From Octopus vulgaris (Eukaryota): DNA of 64,000 bases. The position numbers and the translations under genes were made by a program. The DNA is taken from contig OX597818.1 in NCBI GenBank assembly GCA_951406725.2, positions 70,370,001 through 70,434,000 of the forward strand, read 5' to 3'. This document shows positions 1-13,275 of this stretch, piece by piece (the first letter of the stretch is position 1; each line of letters opens with the position of its first letter). The notes below the pieces were generated by a model. It did no database searches, had not been told where the DNA came from, and was given only the letters and a program-made list of their open reading frames with translations.

Positions 1-189
1 TCAGAAATAGTATGCTTTCATGTAGAGAAAGTGTACTGTGTTATATATCCATTGGTATTCATGTAGGACTAACATATGTGTAGGGGTATTATTATACGTG
101 TGTAACCGTTTTATAGAGGGTTAGGGGGATGGGTTGGTGCTACTACTAATATTTATTTGTTTTAACAATAGATGCACTGCTAAAGGAAA

Positions 190-600
190 CTCTTTAGCTG
201 TGCCTATTAAAAATTTTACTGGACCTATTCGTAAGGGGAATGTATTTATTCACTAAAGTACGGGAAATCTTACCCACACAAATTTTATGCTTAAGGAGAA
301 GTGGATGGGAACCACAATACTTTTCAGTGATGTTTTCTCTTGAAGGGGATTAGTGTCTGGTGTATAACAAATCCTATGCTTTAAATTGTTGGCAGCCAGA
401 GCTTCATTGTGGTACAAGACGGCAGAATCAAAACTCTCTTCAATTGAAGACAGACTGGAGATTCTTCTGATGGCTCTCTTTACCAGGTTCTTGACTGCAA
501 TGGTTGAATGACAGGAGGCTGTTAATGAATGTCAGCCTCTCCATCAGCTTCTAAAAGGCCTATAGGCACTGAAATCCAACCATCTTCAGGAACATCACTC
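190..600 (-). mobile_element. Penelope-like retroelement ORF relic (C-terminal RT / linker region), frameshifted
   Basis: Minus-strand translation gives YRPFR...HSTIAVKNLVKRAIRRISSLSSIEESFDSAVLYHNEALAANNLKHRICYTP and, downstream, KIFNRHS. This matches the Penelope-type pattern HPPxIxKNL...RRISxLSSxEExF...YNxAL...KIFNR. Confidence 0.7.
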
Positions 601-831
601 ATGAGATAACCCTTGTTCAGTTTTGTCTTTTTGTTTTCATAGCACCAACAAAATGAATGTGGTCTTTCGTCTCCAATAACTGTCATTTTATTTTCCTCAT
701 ACCTGCTGTCTTTGATGAGTATGAAGTATTATGTAACCGTGCTGTTAGGAAACATCTGGTTCAATACCAGTGTGAAACTGGTTGGTAAGATTGGCTGTAA
801 TGGATATTTGATTAATATAAATGTTTATTTA

Positions 832-832
832 T

Positions 833-910
<78 letters not shown>

Positions 911-1258
911 TTTATGTATACTGTCCCACCCATGCTAGCATGGAAGGCAGATGTTAAATGATGGTGATGATGATGTGTGTGTGTGAATAAATGTTTATAT
1001 ATATATATACATTTACATACATATATGTAAATGTTTATATGTGCATTTATGTATACACATAAATGATGTATACGTACATGTACATATATATAAACATTTA
1101 TATATACCTATATAAATATATATATATATACTTATATGTGTGTATATATAAAATGCTTATATATATATATACGTATACATATGCATGTGTGTGCACCTCC
1201 ATTTACACATTTATAAATGTGTGTTTGTGTGCGTGCATATGTGTGTGTATATATATAC

Positions 1259-1316
<58 letters not shown>

Positions 1317-1331
1317 GTGTGTATGTATATA
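832..1331. repeat. Compound (CA)n/(TA)n microsatellite region
   Basis: Direct dinucleotide runs; source of the YI/HT/CV ORFs. Confidence 0.95.
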
Positions 1332-1921
1332 GAATCTATGCACTATTAATTTCTCTCCCATTCCTTCCTTTCTCTCCGTTTGTCTCTCCTCTTGCTCCAG
1401 CAAACTCTTCTGTTTGTCTGTTGACATTATCCGGTCTGTTTCTCTGTTTAACCTGTCCATCAACCTCTCCTTTCATTCAACTCTTCCTTCGGCCATCTCT
1501 AACTCTCTCTCTCACCAATCACTCTCTCCCTCTTTCTAGGTATTCATTTACCCTCACCCTTCATTCTCAACCTCTTTTTCCTCTCTCCCTCCCTCCCTCC
1601 CAGGAGACTGGACTCAAAGTATATAATTGGAAAGAAAAGAGTCAACTTGTAAATTAAATAAATTCCATTTCCAACGTTGAAATTCTGTTAGTAGATTCAT
1701 TATTTCACTCTGTCTTCTGTCGGAATCGCTTGTTTGTTTCCCAAATATGATTAACCATGATTTATGATCTCATTGTCTTATTTACTTGTTTATATCTTTT
1801 TATAAAATAGTTTTCTGAAATATCTGATTCATATTTTCAGATTACCTAATTACATTCTGGTTTATTTCAGTTTTATAATTTAATAGTTAAAATATATTTC
1901 AAAAAAGAAAATGTCACATTT

Positions 1922-2100
1922 TAACCTGCTAGAAACAACAACCAAATTTCCTAATGCTATAACCTTCAATCTTGGAGGAGGGGGGACGAAAACAAGGTAG
2001 ATTGGATAATGTAGGCCACTATATGTGGTATGGTCACTTTTGGACTATCTTAGATGAAAGGTCTGCTTGATTGTGGTTGGCCTAGGGCAACAAAGCTCTA
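1922..2100 (+). mobile_element. Old dispersed repeat, family 3 (diverged, SINE-like)
   Basis: Motifs ctagaaa..cagccaaat, ggataatgtag, tggtcatggctggaatgcctttgatc and ggggctaaacaacaac recur in diverged form at about 8440-8640, 18985-19190 (-), 20455-20585, 23905-24110, 24520-24720, 52170-52370 and 61780-61940. Confidence 0.6.
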
Positions 2101-2397
2101 ACATACATACATTTACACATGCACACACACATATCTAGGCCTACATAAGCACACATATACATGTATGTGCATGTGTGTGAAGGCACAGGATGTAGTGGTT
2201 CAGGTGTTGACCTCACAGTCATAAAGTACTGAGTTCAAGTGCTGAAGCAAGCAGTCTGTTGCTCCTTTTCATTGGGCTGTTGCTTGAGTCTGCTGGATTT
2301 CAGTAGAAACCCTGCCTTTGTGAATTTCCTCTGAATCATAGAAAAGTAATTGTTAGAACAATGATGATGATGATAATGCTGATGAATATTTGTATAA

Positions 2398-2775
2398 ATG
2401 CAGGTATGGCCGTTGTGTGGTAAGAAGCTTGTTTCCAAACTGGCGGCGAGCTGGCAGAAATGTTGCATTCTGAGTTCAAATTCCACCGAGGTTGACTTTG
2501 CCTTTCATCCTTTTGGGGTTGATAAATAAAGTACCTGTTATGCACTGGGGTCGATGTAATCGACTTAATCCCTTTGTCTGTTCTTGTTTGTCCCCTCTAT
2601 GTTTAGCTCCTTGTGGGCAATAAAGAAATAAGAAGCTTGTTTCCAAACTGCATGCTTCCCAGTTCAATCCCATCGTGTAGCACCTTGAGCAAGTGTCTTC
2701 TGCTCTAGCCTCAGGCCAACCAAAGCCTTGTGAGTTGATTTTGTAGACAGGAACCGAAGGAAGCCAGTTGTGTGA

Positions 2776-2807
<32 letters not shown>

Positions 2808-3005
2808 AAGTGTGTGTGTTTGTTTCCCCATCCACTGCTGAACAACCAGCATTCGTGTGTTTATTTTGCCTGTAAAAAGAAACTGGTAAAATAAGTAGTA
2901 GTCTTTTTAAAGCAAATAAGTGCTGGGGTCGATTCATTTGGCTAAAGATTTTCCAAGGTGGTGCTCCAGTATGGCCACAGACTAAAACAAGTAAAAGATA
3001 AAAGC
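2398..3005 (+). mobile_element. tRNA-derived SINE family 1, interrupted by a family 2 SINE
   Basis: Head (caggtatggc..tgtgtggtaag), B-box-like agttcaatccc, body caccttgagcaagtgtcttc..., internal (TG)n, tail aaacaagtaaaagataaaag; homologous to 53967-54382. Confidence 0.9.
2443..2628 (+). mobile_element. tRNA-derived SINE family 2, nested, with target-site duplication
   Basis: gcggcgagctggcagaa...gagttcaaattcc...ctttcatccttttggggttgataaa...; flanked by direct repeat taagaagcttgtttccaaactg at 2421-2442 and 2629-2650. Confidence 0.92.
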
Positions 3006-3440
3006 TGTGGGTAAAATCTAGACTGCAAGGAAACTGATGCAGGGGCTTACAAGAGATCTTATTTAAATTCATAATTATCGCAAATAAAGAAACAAAGAAA
3101 ATATCGGAAACAAAAATGGCAATTGTTTAAATTGAATATTTACAAGAAATGGAACTTTTGAAACAATTCAAAATGTAGAATATGTTTTTCTATAAATACA
3201 AACATTTTTGTACGAAATAATAAAAAATGGTAGATGAATAATTGTATGTGATAAGCTTTATGGAATTATGAGAATTTGCCATTTGGGATTTTGATCTTTT
3301 AACAATTTGGCCAAGTAATGGCTACTTTATTGACCATTCTATCACCAGATTTTAGCCTGAACTCCTTGAGGTAACTAAATTTATTGACCCCTATGCACTC
3401 AATGGAAGTTTGAACATCTTTTGACATAAATCCTTCCAGA

Positions 3441-3806
3441 ACCACAGTTCTGGGTTCAATCCCACTGCATGGCACCTTGGGCAAGTGTTTTCTACTATAA
3501 CCTCAGGCTGACAAAAGCCTTGAAAGCGGATTTGGTGGATGAAAACTGAAAGAAGCCTGCTGTGTATATATCTATATGTGTATCTCTTTATATCAGTTTG
3601 TCCCACCTCTCCACTGCTTGATTACTGGTGTTGGTGTGTTTATGTTCCCATAACTTAGCAGTTCAGCAAAAGATCTTGATAGAATAAATACCAGGTTAAA
3701 AAATCCTAAGTACTGGTGTTGATTCAGTCAACAAAAACTTTTTCAAGGTAGTGCCCCAGCATGGCCACTGTCTAATGAATGAAACAAGCGGAAGGTAAAA
3801 GATAAC
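3441..3806 (+). mobile_element. SINE family 1 copy
   Basis: B box gggttcaatccc, body and tail homologous to 53967-54382. Confidence 0.88.
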
Positions 3807-3809
3807 AGA

Positions 3810-3849
<40 letters not shown>

Positions 3850-3861
3850 TGTGTAAAATAT

Positions 3862-4101
3862 ATATTAAGAAAATGGAAGCAGTCAGAATTTCTTTCTTAG
3901 CCCTCTCGTTCATTTAACTGAACTCTCCAAGAAAATTTCAAACCATTTCTTTATTAGCACTTTCGTTTGTTTAACCAAACTCTTCAAGAAAAATTAAAAC
4001 CAAGATCTTGGTTTTAATTCTTCTTGGAGAGTTCAGTTAAATGAATGAAAGCGTTAATAAAGAATTATCCAAAATTATGACTGCCTCCTTTTTCGTAATA
4101 T
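3862..4101. repeat. Inverted-repeat element with three degenerate hammerhead-like units
   Basis: Arms 3862-3945 and 4010-4101 are reverse complements, with an extra tandem unit at 3946-3991 and a 28-bp central palindrome at 3992-4019. The minus strand of the middle unit reads TTGAAGA-GTTTG-gttaaa-CAAAC-GAAA-GTGC-TA. Confidence 0.7.
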
Positions 4102-4144
4102 GCAATATTTGTACACCACTTCAAATGCACACACTTCACCACCC

Positions 4145-4198
<54 letters not shown>

Positions 4199-4203
4199 GC
4201 ACA

Positions 4204-5063
4204 CAGAGGGTGCAATGAATAAACTGTCATCTAAATTATGCTAAATTATGCAAAAAATTACAATAACCCTAACATCTCATTTTAACAGATATATTTACCA
4301 AAATTACATAAAAATATCTTAAAATACTAAAGAGTACATTTATTCAATAAAATTGCTTTGGGCTTCAGCCACGGCCTCCAGATGACTTCAAAATCTCCTG
4401 CAACTCTTCTGGATATTCTCCCTGTTTAAGTAGGTGAATGCTACCATAATCCTTGCCTTCAATTCATCTTTTGTGTTACAAGGAGCTTTGCTGGTCTCTC
4501 GCTCAACTGTACCGCACACATAATAATCAAGGGGGCTGCAGTCTGGGGAGTTAGGTGGCCAGATGTTAGGGGTGATGTGACTGGGTTCTCCTGCTTGTGT
4601 GGGATGGTGCAGAGTCCTGTTACCAAGCATAGGGTCTTCCAGCAGCACTACCTCCTCCACGCACTTGATGTAGGCCTCCATGTTGAGTCTGAGGCTGTGT
4701 GGGAAGATGAGTGGAGGCATAACGTCGCCATCACTAGTGATCACTCTAAAACACCATGATGTTGATTGGTTGTTTGATTTTTATCACTCTCAGTACATGT
4801 CCTCAGATTGCACTGTCCTCAGATTGACACCCAAACACTCTGAAATGTTCGTATTGGAACTTCCAGCATGAATGCCAAGCAGTACAGTATGTTGTTTCTA
4901 AATTTCTGCTAAAGTGAATTGCATCATGGTGCTGTTTTTCTCATAGATAGTACCCAACTGACCCTACTATACTGTGTAGTCAACAAAATAAAAAAAAACA
5001 AACAATGTGCACGCGCAAAATTAAAAATATAAAATGGCAACAATTTGCCCATTGCACCCTCTG
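4204..5063 (-). mobile_element. Internally deleted Tc1/mariner element, probably maT/DD37D type
   Basis: Terminal inverted repeats cagagggtgcaatg / cattgcaccctctg. ORF 4388-4744 contains WPPNSPDCSPLDYYV, the third-catalytic-residue motif with D. Confidence 0.88.
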
Positions 5064-5773
5064 CGTGTGTGTGTGTGTGTGTGTGTGTGTGAATATCTGT
5101 AGGTATAAGAATTGCTGCAAGGCTTAAGAAATTCTCTTTTGAATTCAGTGCCACTGCATTGCACAATGGGCAAGAGACTCCTATGGCCAAGAGTTATTTG
5201 ACAGAAACTGAAAGCAGTCTGCCATACATTCATACACACACATGTATACGCATGTGTGTGTGTCTACATGTATGTATGTCTACATGTTTGTATCATCTTC
5301 TGCTTCTCTAAAAGTCTATGAGTTGCAAATGGTGACCCTGTTGTCTTTCCCGGTCAACAAAAAGCATCCACTGGCCTTGCCCCTTAGAATAAGAAATCCC
5401 TTACAAGTAAAACAAATCAGCTTTAGTGACAGCAAGGACATCTGGTGGTCAAACAATGCTTCAATGTTTGTCTAACCCAAACTATGATGGGGAAACAGAT
5501 ACCAAAACAAATCATTTTTGTGGTTCAATATTTCGATGAGACAAAATTTGTTCAGACAAACCTCGTGTGGTTTTGATGATCTTCCTGTTGTTAACACTAA
5601 CCTGTTTTCCAAGTAAGAGATTTGTTTTCAATCTCTTAGTCTTCACACATGAAAAGTTGAAACTATGGGACTTTCACTTAATGAAGAATGTAAACTAAGA
5701 CTGTTTATTATATATTCAGACAGTAAAATGCCAATGAGGACACATAGTTTGTCCTTCACACACACTCACAGAC

Positions 5774-5836
<63 letters not shown>

Positions 5837-6308
5837 CAGACAGATATAACACCTTTCTACTAATTATTCACAAAGTATAAATTGGCTTAAGTCTATATTA
5901 AGAGATCCTCACCAAAGGAGCCACATGGTGGCCCTTGGGGCAAGTGTCTTCCATGTATGCGTGAATCCATTTCTTTTATGTTTGATTTTACTTGTGTTAT
6001 ACACATGAATGCTTCTATAACACACAAACACACATACATACAATAAATAAATAAATAAATATATATGTAGGCACACACACACACACACACACATGTGTAT
6101 ATTGGTTTATATACCTATTTATATGTGGGAGTATTGAACCAGTGTTTGGTAAATGTCTTTGTCGTAGACACTGTGCTGTGCTGATAACAAGGTTATGAAC
6201 AGGTTCCTCTCCTGCCAGCAGGCTGACACTGTATTAATGCAGACGGCTCTACAACTCCATCATCTTCCAATAGATCAACAGTTATACATACGACTGTCTT
6301 TCTCCTCT

Positions 6309-6342
<34 letters not shown>

Positions 6343-6363
6343 TGTACATATATATATATTTAT

Positions 6364-6401
<38 letters not shown>

Positions 6402-6472
6402 GTACATATGTACATATATATATGTGTGTGTGTGTACATATATATATATATATATACATGCAGATGTACATA

Positions 6473-6519
<47 letters not shown>

Positions 6520-7140
6520 TATTTATGTATCACTCACTTTCTCTTCCCCTTTCTAGATGTTTTTCTTTCATTCTTCCTTCCCAATAAATAAGCTGCCAAT
6601 TGCATTTTTGAAAAAAGTAGACTCAGTTCTATGAATATTTCAAATATATTTATGTTTTAGTTTAGATTTGTTTTCTGAATGATACATTTATTTTTGCAAG
6701 TACAGAAAACTGGCTCCAACAGAGAGAGAGAGAGAGTGAGTGAGAGATACTCATTGCTAAAACTTGGCATTATGTTATTTGATGAGAATATCTGATATAT
6801 TAAATCTTTATTTCATTGAGATATTATAGAGGACATTTTAGGTTGTGCTTTTCTACAAAATAAATTTGGTTTGATTTTTGTATGTTTATGTTGTTTTTTG
6901 GGGTTTTTTTTTTGGTGAAAGATGTGTGTTTTGGTCAAGATATGTATTGTGCATCTGTAGTTTGATATGCCAAAGTATCTCTGGACATTTATCAAAGATG
7001 TTGCCGGAAAATAGAAAAGGAGGAAAGAGATGCAAAAACAGCCACTTTGTTTCAATAAACCTTTGTGCCACTGATAAAGCTTCTGTAGGGTTATGACATC
7101 TGACAGAAATAGCAGTCAAATTTCCTTCAAATCATACTTC

Positions 7141-8270
7141 ATCATCATCATCATCATTTAACGTCCGCTTTCCATGCTAGCATGGGTTGGACGATTTGAC
7201 TGAGGTCTGCTGAACCAGATGGCTGCACCAGGCTCCAGTCTGATCTGGCAGAGTTTCTGCAGTTGGATGGCCTTCCTAACACCAACCACTCCAAGAGGGT
7301 GCTTTTACATGCCACCAGCACGAATGTCAGTCAGGCAGTACTGGCAATGGCCATGCTCAAATGGTGTTTTTACGTGCCACCAGCAAAAGTGCCAGTAAGG
7401 CAACGCAGGTAGCGATCATGCTCGAATGGTGCATTTTACATGCCACTGAAATGAGAGCTAGTCAGTGGCCCTGGATGGTGCTCTTAGCGCTCCACTAGCA
7501 CAGGAGCCAGTCATGCGGTGCTGTCATCGAATTTGATTTCAATTTCACTTGCCTCAACAGGTCTTCGCAAGCAGAGATTAGTGTCCAAAGAAGGAAAAGG
7601 TATGCCTAAGTGGGCTGGTTACACCACTGGCATAGGCCACGGTTTATGGTCTCACTTGGCTTGCTGGGTCTTCTCAAGCACAGCATATTTCCAAAGGTCT
7701 CAGTCACTAGTCATTGCCTCGGTGAGACCTAATGTTCAACGGTTGTGCTTCACCACCTCATCCCAGGTCTTCCTGGGTCTACCTCTTCCATAGGTTTCCT
7801 CAACCTTTTACTCTGGGTGAGAGGTCCTTTGTCACCAGCAGAGGTAAGAGCTCTCTGAACTTTTCCCAGGCTCTTCTTATTCTAGCAGCTACACTTTCAG
7901 TGCACCCTCCCCTGCTACTGACTTAATCACCTAGGTAACAGGAGCTATCAACTACTTCTAGTTTTTCTCCCTGGAATGTGGCGGAAGTTGTTCTCTGCGA
8001 ATTTTCAGAATTTATTGCTCCTGAGCATCTGCCACATACAAAAACTATCTTCCCAGTTAGCTTTCCTTTGATATTGCTGCACCTCTTATGTGTCCATAGC
8101 TTACACTGGGTACATCTTATGGAGTTTCTACCTCCGTCTCTTCTACAGATCAAGCAGGGCCATCTACCTGAAAGGATTTGTGGTTTGTCTGCCTCCCTAC
8201 TTATTAGGACTTTGGTTTTAGCTAGGTTGAATCTAAGGCCCTTCAATTCGAATCCTTGCTTCCACACCTG
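7141..8270 (-). mobile_element. RTE-clade LINE, 5'-truncated and internally deleted, with 3' UTR and (ATG)n tail
   Basis: ORF 7923-8330 has GLRFNLAKTKVL...GEKLEVVDSSCYLGD (RT C-terminal motifs). About 7640-7790 (-) reads GRGRPRKTWDEVVKH. The tail appears as (CAT)n at 7141. Confidence 0.9.
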
Positions 8271-9611
8271 AAAAAGGAATACATTAGAAAATGTAGTCCG
8301 GAACACCTTTTTCCTGAAGAAAGGTGGCATGGTCGAGCCTAGTTCAGATTTTGATTAAAGTTTTCTTTTTCATTAGGGACCTAGGGGTAAGCAATATCAA
8401 TATTGTCATGGTGGAGCCAAGCAGAATGCCTTTATGTGTTTGTTCAACTTACTAAAGATAGCAGACAAATCCTTTACAATCCATACAGTTTTCTGAAAGA
8501 AATGGAAGGGCATATTACTGCAGTTTTAGATACACTCTAGCAGAAAAAAAACTAGATGAGATGGTCATGGCTGGAATTCCATTGATCATGACTTAGATTG
8601 ATCTGATCAAACATGTCATTAAATAAGCAACAACAAGACATGTTGGATTGTGAATTGATTTGTACCATATTCTTGGAAAGAAAACATCATAAATTCCTTT
8701 TTGGTTCTCCAAGGATTTACTCAGATAATTGTAAAATACAAGACTTTTCAAATTACTTTCTTTTCTATTATTATGTTTATAGAAAGTTCTTTATTCAACC
8801 AAACATAAAAATACAGAATAAATTTCGCAGATTGGTTAATTCCATAGTAAATTCAAATGCAAAAAATAAATATTCTCTCTAAGACAATGGAGAGTTAGTG
8901 TAAGAGATAACAAGTCTGAGTGGTGAGAGAAAGTTATTGCTGATGGCAAAAGTCTTTCAGTTTTGGCTTCCACTTTATTCACCCAACTCCTGTAACAACA
9001 ATGGTATCAAACTGTCTTGGCCCTTGACATCCTTGAGAGAGAAGAGACCTGTTGCATCATTAGCATTCACTGGTCTTCTATTTTCTCTTGATCTGCGCTT
9101 TTGAGAAAGTCCACAACCACCACCACCACCCCACACACACCTACCCTATGTTGTTTCATGGCAATGTGGAGTAGTAAGACTTTTCGGATACCAATCTTTG
9201 ATCTGACAAGAAAGATCAGAACCCTAACTCAAAAACCAATGTAGACTATACATTTGTGTGTGTGTTTTATGTTAATTTCGCCATACTGGCATGGGTTAGA
9301 TGAATGCTAGATGCCCTCCTTATCACATACAAGCTGTCTTTCACCTTAGCTGTTAATCAACCAGGAGATTGACCAAGACTTTGTTAGTGAAATTTGGTTG
9401 ATGGAAACTGGAGATGCATGTGTGTATTCTTCTCGTCCCTATTTATACAAACAAGATCATCTGTTTGCAATCATCTGTGAAAGCTGTTCCTTGTTTAATA
9501 GACTAAGGGAAATATTACCTTGTTTGTAAACAGGTGAGAAGTTGTTCAGGTATCTGGACATATAAAACTCTGCTTCAATCATACCATGTCTGATCCATGT
9601 GTGTATATATA

Positions 9612-9651
<40 letters not shown>

Positions 9652-9857
9652 TATATTGTATGCATATATATGTGTGTGTGTGTATGTATATATATATATA
9701 TAACTGTATTGTAAGAAGTTTACTTCCCAGCCACAAGGTTCCAGGTTCAATCCTACGGCATGGCACCTTGAGTGAGTGCCTTCTACCAAATCCCTTGGCC
9801 AACCAAAGCCTTATTAGTAGAATTGGTTGATGGAAACTGAAAGAAGCTAATCATGTA

Positions 9858-9897
<40 letters not shown>

Positions 9898-11812
9898 TCT
9901 CCTTGTTATGACATCTCCTGCCAGTTATAAATGAGGGTCACTGTCATACAAGCAGTGTCGTTTATTTCCAACATTCTACCACAACATATCTGAACATGAA
10001 GAAATATTATCATGCTGGGAAAGAGAGGAGTGTTGATGACAGGAAGAGCATCTTGCCACAGAGAATTTGCCTCAAATAAACTCCATCAGAGCAATGCAAG
10101 CAGAGAGAAATGGACATTAAATAAGTATGATGATGATGATGATGACGATGATGACGATGATGATAGTAGGCTATATAAATACTAAACATTATATACATAC
10201 GTGTTGGACATTATATATGCATTAAACATTATGCATGCATATTAAACATATAATAGAGACAGAAAAAGAAAGAGAGAGAGAGACAAAGAGAGGAAGAGAT
10301 TCTTGGTGTCTTACAGAGTACAGGGTTATTGGTTGTAATGTTTACTTAAAATTTGCATAAAACTATGAAAAGAGAGAATTTGAAATATCAAGCATTTATT
10401 AAAATCAGCAAGAATTCAATCAAACATCTTCAAGATTGGAATGTTATGTTGGAGAAACCAAGAGAATATGTGCAAGAGTGCATCTATGTGTGTGTGTGCG
10501 TGTGCATGGGTACACTACTCATAATTTTATATGTCTATGTATAAATTTACACACCAACACCACTCATATGGTTTACCTTCATTAATATACAACCACATGT
10601 GTGTAACAAGTTTATGCAGTGAGAAATAGTATCTTTCTATTGTCGTTGATTGTTGTTAGTGAAATTGGTAAGAAATAAGGAGAATAATTAATAACTGATT
10701 GAAATAACGAAGCAACATGAACTCACAGGCATCCTTTACATGATGTGAATAACAGCTTTGCCAACGTTTAGCAGAATTGTTCTTGAAATTCCTGCTCTTT
10801 GAAAGTCACTAAATATAGCCCAGGGTTGCACTTTGCTTCGGGTTCATCCACAATTAAACCTGTTTATTTGTAATCTAAAGTATTCTAGTCATTAACCATG
10901 CTACTATCTTTTTATAGGCAAAGTGTATCTAGGACTATAAGAATACATTATACAATGTCTCTGTTTCTGTTGTCGATGATCTTGCATGAAGATATGTATT
11001 TTCTTGTCATTGTGTATCAAGGACTACCTTATAGAATATGTTCTCTATGTTGTTGATGCTGTTTGTTTAGTTCCAATCAAGCAGATTTATATTAACACTC
11101 TTAGGTTTTTCAGTAATGACCTTACTGTCTTTTTGCTTGTAAACAAAGTGTATCTAAGACTCCATCAGTCAATGTGCCCTTTCCTGTTGTTGTTTAACCC
11201 AAGGTCAGTCCTCATTGAGTTTACCGATGGAGAAAGGTGTTTATAGCCATGTACATCCTGTCCCGTGTGTATTACTTTGTCGAGACATATGCATCTGCTT
11301 AATGTATTTAAAGAATATCAAAGGGAATTGGAAAAATCTCTTGGGATTAAGTCAAAGAATTGCCACAGTGATGCATCAATAACATAGAGCTTGGACACAG
11401 TTGAACATCATAAAATATATTGTTATGGGGAGAGTGTTGTTGTTTGATAGAATTGTGATTAAAATAATGTGACTGGTGTTGTTGAGAGATGCATGTGTCT
11501 ATTTTAGAGTAGGTATTTGAAGAATATCGAAGGGAATTGGAAAATATCAAAATAGCCAGCTCAAACAATTGTCATGTTGATGCATATCAATAAAGAAGAT
11601 GTGACTGGGTGAAGCATAAATCGTGTGAACAGGATATTGGATGCAAAGAAACTGTTTTATTCTTGTTTTATCCTTTGATTCACCCTTAACACCTTACTAC
11701 TGGTATCTGATTGGCACCTTGTAATTTATCAGCATCTCTATGAATGGAATTAATCGTATAAAAATTGGTATTGAAATCTACTGTTTAGTCAAGTAACCAA
11801 CATAAGTAGGTA

Positions 11813-11934
<122 letters not shown>

Positions 11935-12215
11935 AACAGCATTGCTTAGAACTGCCCAAAAAATAAGGGGTGCTACCTTAGTTCACTGCTATGAACAGCT
12001 GACACCGTAGTACATCTCCAGCGTTAGAAGCTGTGCAAAGACAATACAATGATGAGGATGATGATAATAATAATAATAAACCTAAAAGACTGAAAGAGAT
12101 TGGAATTGAAACTCACATCGTGAACCCGCAGAAAATTACCATTTTATTTTCTGCAAGAGTCCTAAATAAGATTCTTGTTGTCACCAAACATCAAGATAAA
12201 ATATCTGTAACTAAC
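11935..12215 (+). mobile_element. Two short 3'-end fragments of R4/Dong-like non-LTR elements
   Basis: TALLRTAQKIR at ~11937 and LKEIGIETHIVNPQKITILFSARVLNKIL at ~12090 resemble the C-terminal QKxxLLGTARILRKVL motif. Each follows a TAA/TGA run. Confidence 0.6.
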
Positions 12216-12762
12216 ATGATGATGATGATGATGATTTATTACTAATTATGACTGCAGCTATTCGTATTGAGAGCAGAAGCCAGTTGAGTTCATTGATGCC
12301 CAGTTCTTCCCTGATATTTTATTCAATCAGCTAAAAAACCGAAAATAGATGGAAAGCAAAATTCATCTGAAGGGGATTTGAAATCAGAACATAAAGAGAT
12401 TGAAGAAATTCTGCCAAGCATTTTGGTTCCATGTGCCAATGAGGCTGAAAGTTTGCTGCTGCCGTAATATTAATAATGCTGGTTTCAAACTTTGGCACAA
12501 GGCCAGCAAGTTTTGAGCAAGCGGACAAGTCATTCATATTGACTCCGGTACTCAATTGGTACTTAGCTAGCTTTGCTGGGTGGAGGTGCTTGTCTCCACT
12601 TTCAAAAAAATAAGGACACAGGAAACGTGTCAAGTCCAACAGGAAACGGTGTTTCCTAGGGCTAAATAACAGTAGCATTCTTCTCTTTTATGGGGCTGTC
12701 ACATTAAGTTGACAACATACTATCACTTTCAAATTGGAAGAAAAACTAATAATAATAATAAT

Positions 12763-12975
12763 CTTTTCTAGTCTAGACACAAGGCTCGAAATTTTGGGGG
12801 AGGGGGCCAGTCTATTAGATCGACCCCAGAATGCAGCAGGTACTTAATTTATCGACCCTGAAAGAATGAAAGGCAAAGTTGACCTCGGCAGAGTTTGGAC
12901 TCAGAACATAAAGACAGACGAAATACCACTAAGCATTTCACCTGGTGTGCTAACTTTTCTGCCAGCTCAATGTCT
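12763..12975 (-). mobile_element. SINE family 2 copy (tail type B)
   Basis: Reverse complement of the family 2 head and core; tail ccctcccccaaaatttcgagccttgtgtctagactagaaaaga then (ATT)n. Confidence 0.88.
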
Positions 12976-12994
12976 TTTAGTAATTATGATAATA

Positions 12995-13275
12995 GTATGG
13001 AATAACCCGGCTATGGAAAATGAAGATAAAGATAGTGCCAATTACTGTTGGGTCCTTGGGAACAGTATAAGAAGGCATCAAGGGGAATTATAAAGGAAAT
13101 TGGAATAAAGTGTTCAGTAGAACTATTACAAAAGGTTTGCCTCCTTAGTATGGCCAGAATAATCAGGAAAGTATTAAATAACTGAAAAGAATGGATAGCA
13201 TGGTACCGTAGATTGTAGGTAGTAAACCCACTATGCATGTAAGACTCAGGAGATCAAACAAAACCTGTGTGTGTC
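12995..13275 (+). mobile_element. R4/Dong-like 3' fragment (end of restriction-like endonuclease)
   Basis: Frames read RLWKMKIKIVPITVGSLGTV and KEIGIKCSVELLQKVCLLSMARIIRKVLNN. Confidence 0.72.

Noticed and set aside
3262-3440. Coding-looking segment preceding a SINE (end of ORF 3299-3484)
   Set aside because: Short, no recognisable family, and the ORF start comes from the SINE antisense strand.
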